NCBI GenBank assembly: GCA_964035545.1
Contig: OZ037765.1
Location: forward strand, 14,084,698-14,148,697
DNA length: 64,000 nt
From: Bugula neritina
Taxonomy: Eukaryota; Animalia; Bryozoa
Direction: 5' to 3'
Shown: in pieces, positions 10,287 through 19,924 of the stretch
How the letters are laid out: every line of letters starts with the position of its first letter
Position numbering within the stretch: the first letter of the stretch is position 1
The notes under the pieces: generated by a model
Databases searched by the model: none
What the model was told of the DNA's origin: nothing
The model's input: the letters and a program-made list of their open reading frames with translations, nothing else
Translations under genes and position numbers: made by a program

Positions 10287-13109
10287 CTACATATGTTTCT
10301 GGGTAATATAAAAATTATCCTTCAATTCAAACCTCAAACCTTGTTTCTTGTTCAGTCTTTCATCTCCAAAGAAGTGGAAATACATTTGGATTGTTGCTTC
10401 CCATCGAGAACAGAGATAGGCTTTCTCCTGTAGTATCAGAGGCTTTGGTTTGTAGAGCTGTACAGTCATGGGAATTACCTTCTCCGTCGAATTTCCGGGA
10501 TTTGGGCAGTCAATTCTTTCTGGCAGATTCAGTATCAGCGCTGGTTGGAATCTTCTGCTGTTAGCGGTGCTACATAACATTGGTTCTTCGGAATGGCCTT
10601 GAACTTTAGCTAGGCAGATTGAAATTATCATTGTCAAGGCAATGACAAATGGGATCCAGTTTGAAAAGGTCAGTCTGTTTCCACCTCCCGTGGTTTGTTG
10701 TTTTTCATCATCGTGTTTCCTGGACAAGTGTGTCAAGTTCTCCTGGTTTGTGCCTGTATCTGAGATGAGTTTTCTTTTGGGTGGATCTTCAGTAGTTGTT
10801 ATTGCTTTCTTCATCTTCTCCCAACTGATAGGTGTTACCGTGACAGGCGATGTTCTGGGTGACTGAGCATCTTTTGAAGTTGGTGTATCAGGTCTTGCAA
10901 CGCTGGTGATTGTTGGTATGTCATTGACTGTGCTAGAGTTGGAAGGTGTGTTTCTTGTGTAGAGATTATGCTCATCTATGAATTGTACAACACGGTCTCT
11001 AGGTTCGTTTGGTTGCTCACGTCTGCTGCGGCATGTATAGTGATGGTGTCCTCTTCGACCACAATTGGTACAGACAGGTCTTCCGTCCATGTCAAACTCT
11101 CCTCCATTGTGTTGTTGGTTGTATTGATGTGCCTGCTGGAATCTACGTTGATGTTGTTGAGATCTCTGAAATCTATTTGCAGAGGGTTGAAATCTGGCTG
11201 GTGCTTGGAATCTTCCTCGTCGCTGGAATCTAGCAGGTGGTTCTTGAAATCTGTATGGTGGCTGTTGGTTTCTGTATGGTTGGTGTTGGGCTGGCATACG
11301 GTGTTGAGTTTCATCTATGTTTCTTCGGAAGTTGTCTCTCCTGTTATTCCATTGCCATGTGGTCTCTGGTCCTCTATAGTAGGAGTGGAATCTCTGCCAT
11401 GTGTCTGGATCTGGCTCCCTGCTGTTATGTTGTCTTCTAAAGCGGCTGGAGTCCTTATGAGAGTAGAAGTCTCGGTTTGGTCCGAGAGGATTCCTTCTCA
11501 TATTGTCATCTCTCCATCTGTGTCTGGCCACTTCATTAGCATAGTTTGCCCTTTCCTTCTCCCGCAGCTCTAAGGCTTTCAAGCTTCTTTTGAGTGACTC
11601 AATCTCCTGGTCTTTCTTCTTATCACTCTCAATCGTGTTGATAGTTGTTTGGTTAACAACATCCTGCAATAATAATTGATTGGTGTGCTCGTATCTCTGA
11701 GCAACCTTGAACGCTTCATCAGAGGAAGTGATTTGGCTATTATTTAGCATCCCACGCTGGAAAGTGATGGGGAGCCCTTTTATGAATTGGGCCAATATAA
11801 TTTGGTCCCTGGCATGTTCATCAATGTTAGGATAAGCTCGCTTCGCCATTGCACATATAGTGGAGTAGAACTTTCCAACTGACTCTGTATCCAGCTTCTT
11901 CCTGCTATTCAAGTCAAAGCTTGGCACTACTCCTCCTGAGTTGATGAACTCTTGATCCATCTCCTGTATTAGTCCGTAGAAGTCTTCATTAAGGCTAGGA
12001 TATTGGTTTATTATCTTAGTGTAAGTTATCTTAGCACCATCCTTAAGATATAGTGCTAAGATTTTGGGCCAGGATTCTTCTGGGATAGAGAGTGCTCTGG
12101 AGTGCATGATGAAGTTCTCCTTGAACTCGTTCCAGGTCAACTCGTCGAGTGGACTGTTGGCCCATTTTTCCACATCTGGAAGTCTGTTTGTCACTGCGAT
12201 GATCTGTTGCTTGACTGGCATTGTTTGAGATATTGGAGTGACAGATCTTGCTCCATAATGGGCATTTCTTCTATGTTTGTAATCATCTTCTTTGTATCTC
12301 CTGTCATCTTCCAATGAGAGCCTGGGATAGTGGGAGTTGCCCTTCTTTGCCGAATGTCTGTCATCATGTTCTTGCGAAGGGAGATAATGTTGGGATTGGG
12401 GAAATAACTCCATGTCAGGTGAAGGTTGTCTTCTCTCATCAGGTTGTGAGCTTCTGTGTTTACTGGGATTAAGGGGTAGCCATTCATCCTCGGAGTCGTC
12501 TGAAAGACATTCATGTAGTTGTGTTCCATAATAATAATCCCTCCTCTTTGAAGGCTGGGCCAGCATATGGCTATATTCGTCTCCTTCACTTCTATGTTTC
12601 AAGATAGATTGTCTTTTCCTTTTGGATTGATGATATTCTGGCTCTTCCTTGTCAAGGGAGTGAGATGACCTTGATGGATGATTAATTGCTTCTGGGTATT
12701 GGAAATTCCTCCTTGTAGTTTTGGGCCTGACATCTGGTTCAGGGGAGTTGTCCCGGAATAGATCAGGGGAGTTGTCCCGGAATAGATCTGGGGAGTTGGC
12801 TTCTGATCGGTGTTGCCTTCTCCTGGGAGATGGGGATGTTTCACAGTTGTACTCATCTACGGTCAGGAATCCTTCATCATCCTCATATTGTTGGTCACGT
12901 TCCAAGTCAGGTAGTTGTGTGGGTGGTAGTTGCGGTGGAGCTGGTACATTAGTGTCATGTTGTGGCTCCCTATAGGCATGGCGGTGTGCTGCAGCCTCCC
13001 TGGCTAAGCTTTGAAAGCTGGTAGGGGCTTGCTTTTGTTTTTGGGGCTTTTCTGGGAGTCCGGTGATACGGCGGAGCAGGTTTGATACTCCTCTGCCAGG
13101 TTTACTCAT
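10287..13109 (-). CDS. Gag polyprotein (disordered N-terminus, Gypsy-type capsid, CCHC knuckle) fused in frame to a signal/TM helix and a truncated class-III-glycoprotein-like ectodomain; ~940 aa from ATG 13109
   Basis: Uninterrupted ORF; the first ATG (MSKPGRG) is preceded by an A-run. Capsid motifs W.EF.E.F...W...LALYLKDGA...ESV..F...A.RAYP...ILAQFIKGL lie at ~12183-11685. CX2CX4HX4C (CTNCGRRGHHHYTC) is at 11072-11031, the hydrophobic helix WIPFVIALTMIISICLA at ~10658-10608, and the Cys-containing segment PMLC...LP..IDCP...VQLYKPK...AYLC...YFHFFG at 10595-10341. Confidence 0.9.
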   Translation of the reverse strand: MSKPGRGVSNLLRRITGLPEKPQKQKQAPTSFQSLAREAAAHRHAYREPQHDTNVPAPPQLPPTQLPDLERDQQYEDDEGFLTVDEYNCETSPSPRRRQHRSEANSPDLFRDNSPDLFRDNSPEPDVRPKTTRRNFQYPEAINHPSRSSHSLDKEEPEYHQSKRKRQSILKHRSEGDEYSHMLAQPSKRRDYYYGTQLHECLSDDSEDEWLPLNPSKHRSSQPDERRQPSPDMELFPQSQHYLPSQEHDDRHSAKKGNSHYPRLSLEDDRRYKEDDYKHRRNAHYGARSVTPISQTMPVKQQIIAVTNRLPDVEKWANSPLDELTWNEFKENFIMHSRALSIPEESWPKILALYLKDGAKITYTKIINQYPSLNEDFYGLIQEMDQEFINSGGVVPSFDLNSRKKLDTESVGKFYSTICAMAKRAYPNIDEHARDQIILAQFIKGLPITFQRGMLNNSQITSSDEAFKVAQRYEHTNQLLLQDVVNQTTINTIESDKKKDQEIESLKRSLKALELREKERANYANEVARHRWRDDNMRRNPLGPNRDFYSHKDSSRFRRQHNSREPDPDTWQRFHSYYRGPETTWQWNNRRDNFRRNIDETQHRMPAQHQPYRNQQPPYRFQEPPARFQRRGRFQAPARFQPSANRFQRSQQHQRRFQQAHQYNQQHNGGEFDMDGRPVCTNCGRRGHHHYTCRSRREQPNEPRDRVVQFIDEHNLYTRNTPSNSSTVNDIPTITSVARPDTPTSKDAQSPRTSPVTVTPISWEKMKKAITTTEDPPKRKLISDTGTNQENLTHLSRKHDDEKQQTTGGGNRLTFSNWIPFVIALTMIISICLAKVQGHSEEPMLCSTANSRRFQPALILNLPERIDCPNPGNSTEKVIPMTVQLYKPKPLILQEKAYLCSRWEATIQMYFHFFGDERLNKKQGLRFELKDNFYITQKHM

Positions 13110-13665
13110 TTTTTTTTTTATGCTGCAAATGTACTTAGCAACACACAAACACAATGCAGCAAGTAGCAAATAGAAGAATGTGTATATATATTGTATTTAT
13201 ATTTTGTGAACAAATAATTGTACTGATAAATATTTGTTGCTCTTATTATATCAACTCTTTAATTGCAAGCAACAAAAACTGTTGGACTGGAAAAGCATGT
13301 ATATACATATATAAAAATTAGTATACAGCAGTATGATAATTTTAAGTAGCTGTGTGTAGAAATATTGTTAAACAGCACTATATTATGTTTATCATACAAG
13401 TTTCAAGAATAGCCAATATAAGATAAGGTAACTCTAAACTAGTTATAGGGTAACTCTAAACTAATTATAATTATTACATTGAATATTTTAGTATATTAGC
13501 ATTAATTAGTTCACAAGATATATGATTTGCAGACAATGTAGCAATAATATAAAAGCTTAGAGGATAAATATACATATATGTATTAATCAATCAAACGCAA
13601 GCAATTTATCACAGGCCCTATTAAAGAAAACTGGCTAGTATGTCCTACACAGCAAGATTTCTCTA

Positions 13666-13684
13666 AGCCCAACAGAAGCTCCAA
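13666..13684 (-). promoter_or_regulatory. Putative primer-binding site (TGGAGCTTCTGTTGGGCT)
   Basis: Begins with TGG 4 nt downstream of the 5' LTR end on the minus strand and would pair with a tRNA 3' end ...CCCAACAGAAGCU-CCA. The cognate tRNA was not identified. Confidence 0.6.
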
Positions 13685-13687
13685 ATT

Positions 13688-16596
13688 TGTCGAACAAAAA
13701 TTTAAAAATAATTAAAATAATTAAGATTAAAAATAAACTTTGCAATTTATAATTTATAACTGAATTAAATAACTGAATTAAATAATTGAATCGGATTAAA
13801 TTGAACCTCTGGTTTAGTCAGATTGGTCAGTTAAAATGAAGCGAAGTTACTTGTTAGCTTTTAGTTTCAAAATTTCTATATAATTTGCAATTGATTAATC
13901 AAAAACAAGAGTTATCTTTGCTCGACAAATATTATGGTTTGGAAATCATGTAGTAATGTATATATGTGGTTCTATGTATATTGTGTAATGGTTAGCACTC
14001 AGGCTAATATTCTGTGAGACAAATTTGGGATTTGCTCCCCCAGAAGAATTGAAATTATAATATATATGTGTTGTATAATATGTATATCTATTTGATAATA
14101 ATATTGAAGCAAGCAAATTACAATAATAAAATATTACAAGAAATTAGCCAAACCAAAACAAAGATTGTCCTAGCGACCCTTTGAAATCTTGCTGTGTTAT
14201 ACTAGCAACAGAAATAGCTAAGTTTGACAATTGGGATAGAAAGGCTTATACAAAATTGAATACACAATGAGAATTGCAAGTAGAACATCAATATTAAAAT
14301 ATATGCTTTAACATAAACTCATACAGCCTTGAAATAAATTCTTCAATATAAATTAGTGCAGCTTTAGAATTCAAATATTTTCTCAATCCAAATATTTTCT
14401 CAAGTATAAATTTGTGCAGCTTTTAAAATTCAAATATTTTTTCAATGTAAATTTATGCAGCTTTAAAATTCAAATATTTCTTCAATGTAAATTTGTGTAG
14501 ACTAGAAACAAATTTCTCAATTCAAATATTTCTCAAATATAAATCTGTGCAGCTTTGACATAAATTTTCTCAATTCAAATATTTCTCAAATATAAATCTG
14601 TGCAGCTTTGACATAAATTTTCTCAATTCAAATGTTTCTCAAATAAATTTGTGCTGCTTCAGAATCAATAAATCAAATCAACAGATTTCTCAAAATAAAT
14701 TTGTGCTGCTTCAGAATCAATAAATCAAATCAACAATTTGTGCTGCTTCAGAATCAATAAATCAAATCAATAATTTCTTAAAATAAATTTGTGCTGCTTC
14801 AGAATTAAAAGAACATTGATAAACTTGTTAGTTCAAATAGCGTAGTACAAGAAGTTAATACATAAATATATCCATAAAAAATTGTAATATTACTTACTGC
14901 AATCAATACGTGTATTGTCAGTCTCTTGAAATTTCCCTTAGCGTTAGCAATTACTATTATTACGGTTAATACTAATATATATATTTTGTATTCCGATTAT
15001 CTTTGTATACCAATTAATTAATTACTCAATTACTCAATTACTGATTTTCCAGAGACCCGGTGGCTCCTTTTATATCGGATCTTCTTGGCGGTGGTTCAGA
15101 TTTCAAGGATACCGGCAACAACTGGTGAAAACTGGCCGACGAAAACTGGCGGCAGAAATTGACGCGGAATTCGGTCAGGTATGTTGTTGTTTACAGCCAA
15201 GATGGGGATTGACGTAAGAGGATCTGCTATTGTTGACTCATCTTTGTATTTTGTAGGCTATATCATCGTTAATTGTACCTCAGTCTATAATTTGAAGAAT
15301 AATTTTTGACTACAATATGGTAAAATATATCAGCCAATGGTCACGTGTTGATCTCTATAATAGGTTATATTAATGTTAAATAATTTATTAAGCATCTAAA
15401 TTGTTGTATATCATCTATATGTTGGCATGAATAAATATTCACACATATACATGTATATATCTCTATTTGTAAACAGCATCTGTTATATGTTTCAGCTTTT
15501 TATCCATTTCCATTTGTTCAGCAATTAGTGTTTTATTTCAAAAGTCAGTATCACAAATTCCAACACGTGATCATGGCATGTAGTACTGTCTCAACACCGC
15601 AATTACTTATTTAAAAGCCACATTACTAAATAATACTATTTGCATTATCTAAAAGAAGCTATAAAACCATGTGTCATATATATTAATTATTGCATCAAGC
15701 AATTTCTATGCAAGACCAAATATTTAACTTACTCAAAACTTGTACATTTGAATTTTTAACTTCACTCAATTACTGGGCTTCATGTATCATATAACTTTTG
15801 AATGTACTTGAATGTTGTAGATAAACTGTAGTCTACATACCGTGGTGAAGCAGATATAATAATTTATAATTGCATCAACCTGCTGCAGCAGCCATCCCAC
15901 TGGAAGTCTCAAGCAAACGTCAGCATCGCCGAAGCCATATTTTATTAAGCTGGCAGAACATCTCAGATACACAACTTGTGAAGTACAGAAGTAAGAATTA
16001 ACATAAGAGAACAGTATATGTATAATCATGCATCCTACCGAGAATATAGTTTTTTAAGAATTTTCTGAGAACAATGGTAATATATATATATATAGATATA
16101 TATCAATACTTTTAGTTTAATCACTTATGACATAATTTATAGAAATTCTACTTCTAACATTATTGCAAAATGTTTCCCGCAATCCTTGCAAACTTGTAGA
16201 AATGAGGCTATCTAACATTTCTATTTTGTTTATATTAGCGAATAGTTTCAGTCTTTATATCGGTCACCATGAGGATACAATTGTTTTGACACTTCTATTC
16301 CCATCAATAAAATAAGCATTTTCTACGTAAAAGAGAAACTATGTCTGTTTACCTGGTAGATTATTTTGCAAGGCCATGATAGAGTTTTGACTTTGCAAGT
16401 TATTTTGCAAGGCCATGATAGAATTTTGAATTTCCTCTCCACTACTTTTACTAAAACTCTTAAGCTATACTCATATATTCAAACCATTAGTTCTAATCAT
16501 AACTACTATTAGCATATCATTCTGTAAAAAACATCAAGTTGCTGTGCAGTATCTACTCTGCAAAATATAAAGTACTGTGTAATCTCTGATCTGACA
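13688..16596 (-). repeat. 5' LTR (2,909 bp)
   Basis: Direct repeat of 4031-6939. It lies upstream of the Gag ORF on the minus strand and is followed by the PBS-like sequence. Confidence 0.95.
15040..15074 (-). promoter_or_regulatory. LTR core promoter: TATA box (TATAAAAG, 15074-15067) and initiator TCAGT (15044-15040); predicted TSS ~15042; copy at 5383-5417
   Basis: The minus strand reads gaTATAAAAGgagccaccgggtctctggaaaaTCAGTaatt. The TATA starts 32 nt upstream of the Inr A, a canonical spacing, and points toward the Gag ORF. It sits in a local GC-rich island. Confidence 0.7.
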
Positions 16597-17779
16597 CAGC
16601 TTCTCCCCTTGCCCCACGCTTTCACTCAAGAAAATGGGATTCAGGTAAATATAAATTTAAATTAAAATAATAGACAAATTTATAATTTGCATCATCAATA
16701 TATTATTATGTATTTAATTAATAATTTGATATTAATAAATAAATATAATTTGATTATCAATAAATTTAAAATGATAAAACATTAACTTTTGCACGTGTAT
16801 GTTGAATTTTTCTATTACTAATAGGCAAAAAGGCTGTTACACATTTTTGCGACTAAACTTGAAATAACTGAGCCACAAAGTGAAAAGTCAGCATCAGCAC
16901 ATTAGCGTTTCCTTCTTCTTTTGTGTTTTGATATCGTTTGCCGCCTGCTACCGCAACTAGACTTAGTACCAACGAGATCACGATTGTGCTGGTGCTTTGT
17001 ACTACCTTAAGCCAATAAAATCATCCGTTGTTTTTCCAACCGCCGTCCATAGTTGAAGTTCAGCTTTGAAATAATAATAATTATGATGATATTATTATCC
17101 TGTCCCATAATATTATATAAAATAAAACCGGTGGGTTTGACCCAGTTTATAAAAGTTCTAAGGTCTAAGAGATATGAAATGTAACATATGAAGCAACATC
17201 ACGATTGCTTATGTTATTACAATTTACAATAATATTATATAATTATTCATTCACTTGGCTATCAGTTTCAAAAATGTAAATCTTTATACATTTAAATAAA
17301 TCATATATAATAGAACATTATATGGTTGGATCAAAATTTAGTGTCTATATATACATATATATTAGATATATCTGATAATATGGTAATAAAATTATCTCTA
17401 AGGTTATTGTTCTACAAATGGTAAATAAATTAATAATAATTGCATGGTGCAGGTGAAGCTTGCTTCCATGTACCATATTATCATTTATGCCCAAGCACAG
17501 CATATAATATCTATATAGCTTATATATGGCATGGGCATGAAGTTTTTAATATTGTGTACTTGCGCTTTAAATTTCACGGTGTGCTTTATAACATCCTTAA
17601 ATTAAAACAGACTTGACCTGCATAAAAATAATGTAGCTCAAAAAAGGATTTCATACCTACCTCAACTTATTTTGCTCCCATTTTCAAGGGTTGTCTTTAC
17701 GATATAGACATCATGTTTTAATAGAGTTATCTGTTCTTGATCACCGTACGTAAACTTCTATGGTTTATAATCTGCTGCA

Positions 17780-18220
17780 TACATATATATGTATATTATG
17801 CAGGTGTGTATATGTTGTGTGTGCTGTGTTGTGTGTATGTATGCGTTGTGTGCGTATTGTACATCACTGCGCTTCTAAGATTTCGCATTATGCAAGTGAA
17901 TGCTGGTACATATGAGTTTGTGGTTGCGGTTTGCATTAACTTATGGTTGTGGTTTCATTTGATATGTCACTGTTTTCAAGTGTCGAACGAAAAAATTTAT
18001 TCACACAATGCGAAGTTTGGAAATTTGGTGTATGTGTGTCTGAATGTGAATCTGTGCGTTGTGCGTGTGTGAGCAATGCATGTGTGTATGCATGCGTTGA
18101 TGTGTACACCTATGTGTGTATATGTGTAACTATGTGAACATGTGTGTGTGCGTATGCATGTGTATATGTGCATTTGTACGTGTGTATGTTTGTGTGCATA
18201 TGTGCATGTGTGTGCACGTA
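17780..18220. repeat. Degenerate (TG)n/TGTA microsatellite-like region
   Basis: tgtgtg/tgtatg runs. The overlapping C/V-rich ORFs are artefacts. Confidence 0.8.
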
Positions 18221-18654
18221 TATTACTTTAATCTGTGTAAAGTAGCTGTTTCAGTGGTTGTCCCCTCATCAGCACAGAGCAAAGAATGTGATATTTTTCA
18301 CAAAAGAGGCATAAAGTTTGCTATATATGAAGCTTTCTGTATTTTAGATGCACTTATATAATTCGAATTATACTACTAGAAAAAAACAAACTTTGCTTTC
18401 ATAAATAATGTTTCAAATCAACCCTTTGTTGCTTTTCTATCTCTAACTGAATACTCTATTTGTTTTCTACTTATTTATGCATTTAGGATATTTATGATAT
18501 CTGAGCACATTTTTCAACAATTATAGTAAATTTCATAAAATGTATTGATATAGCACACATGCAATAATATTGTATTTTTAATCAACAAGTGCTTCAGTAC
18601 GCTATAAATATTTTACTTTAATGTTGAGTGCTGGCTTGCTTGTTATTACAGTCC

Positions 18655-18868
18655 GAGCAGCCGCGCGTGGTTTAGGGGTTAGGGCGTTTGCCTAGTGACC
18701 ATGAAGTCATGGGTTCGAGCCCCAACAAAGGCCATCGGTGATGTTAGGAAGAGCATCCGGTCATAATTGCTCCTGTGCCCCATCTGAATAAGTCCTTAGC
18801 CCGATTTAACAGAAAAACTTCCATCAGGGGTTTTCTCACAGGGATGGCGACTATAAACTTGCGAGAGT
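18655..18868 (+). mobile_element. tRNA-derived SINE
   Basis: Pol III A-box-like tggtttagggg and B-box ggttcgagccc (18712-18722). The body tgatgttaggaagagcatccggtcataattgctcctgtgcc...ggatggcgactataaacttgc is shared with the inverted copy at 49712-49935. Confidence 0.85.
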
Positions 18869-19189
18869 TTGTTTATTATGCTTTAGTATTTATTAGGAGT
18901 TGCACTACTTTTTGCAAGATGTTACCTCGGTTCATCTAAGGTGCGGTAATAGTACTTCTGCTCGCTTCTCCTGCTTGGAATACGCGCGATATTTTATTGT
19001 TTATGAAAGCAGGCTACATACCGCGGTTTTAATCAATATCACTTATCAAAAATAATTATGTGAATATCATGCTCCTAATGATGAATAGTAAAGTGTAAAT
19101 ATAGAGAAATAATTTGCAACCAGTGTAATTTAGATCGTGTTTATATGTATTTTTATGGGAAACTGACTTATTAAATTTGATTGTACTTC

Positions 19190-19790
19190 AACTTGTAGTA
19201 CTAGTTGTACTACTACTTGTACTTGTAGTTGTAGCGCTTACGCCTTACACTTTACAGTTACTGTTAGTGTTTGTAACTCACTAAGTTACTCTAAGACTAA
19301 GAGTAAGTTAGAGTTAGTGTTACACTTACGCCTACTCTTACTCTTAGTCTTACTATTACTATTAGTATTAGTTTTTACACTTACAGTTACACTTAGACTT
19401 AAAGTGATTGCGAAGTTACAATAACAATATCAATATCAATATGAATATTCATATTGATATTACATTTTGATTTAGCTTTGCTATTACATTTACTACTACT
19501 ACTACTACTACTAGTACTACTACTACTAGTACTAGGTCTAGTCAGTGACACTGAATAGGTTAGGAGGCCAAAGTAAAATCTAAATCGTACAGTTTGAGTT
19601 ACTGTTAGACTTAGTGTTACACTACTACTACAATACTAGTAGCAGTACTACTACTCCTAGTACTACACTCTACAGTACTACAGCAACTACTACTACTAGT
19701 ACTAGTAGTAGTAGACTGTCACTGTAGAGTATTACTATGAATAGTAGTACTAGTAATATTACTCAATTAGTACAATTTGAATTACATAAT
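19190..19790. repeat. Low-complexity (ACT)n/(TAG)n simple repeats
   Basis: Long actactact/agtagt runs. Confidence 0.8.
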
Positions 19791-19924
19791 AATAATGATA
19801 ATATAGTTTGGAAAGCGTGCTTTTATAACATCAACATAGCAAAGAAAATACCAAAAAGTGTTGATACCAGGATCAGCTTTGTTTGATGCCACTTTTTATG
19901 TCAAGTAGTTCCGTTAAGTTAAAG

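Larger units (their letters stand above)
4031..16596 (-). mobile_element. Complete, pol-less (non-autonomous) Gypsy-like LTR retroelement, 12,566 bp
   Basis: Two direct repeats, 4031-6939 and 13688-16596, offset 9,657 bp at both ends, each bounded by TGTC...GACA. 4-bp TSD CAGC at 4027-4030 and 16597-16600. PBS-like TGG tract next to the right LTR on the minus strand. One long minus-strand Gag-containing ORF; no RT, RNase H or integrase is recognisable. Confidence 0.95.

Noticed and set aside
10750-10775. LISDTGT in the Gag ORF as a possible retroviral aspartic-protease active site
   Set aside because: The context is not hydrophobic-hydrophobic-D-T-G-A/S, no downstream ILG motif follows, and only ~30 polar residues separate it from the TM helix, too few for a protease fold.
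10642-12975. Several overlapping ORFs (e.g. 10968-11573 +, 12191-12589 -)
   Set aside because: These are shadow frames of the Gag ORF.
16601-16615. Purine tract on the minus strand (ggggcaaggggagaa) just before the right LTR, resembling a PPT
   Set aside because: It lies outside the TSD and next to the 5' LTR rather than the 3' LTR, so it was treated as flanking host sequence.
16597-16650. Reconstructed empty site (ttacag|cttctcc...attcag|gtaaat) looks like a small exon disrupted by the insertion
   Set aside because: No neighbouring exons or recognisable protein could be linked to it.
17737-18361. Cys/Val-rich ORFs here and His/Thr- or Cys/Val-rich ORFs at 47002-47329
   Set aside because: They are translations of (TG)n/(CA)n repeats.
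18655-18730. tRNA gene
   Set aside because: A/B boxes are present but no convincing cloverleaf forms, and the sequence continues into a body shared with dispersed copies, so it is a SINE.
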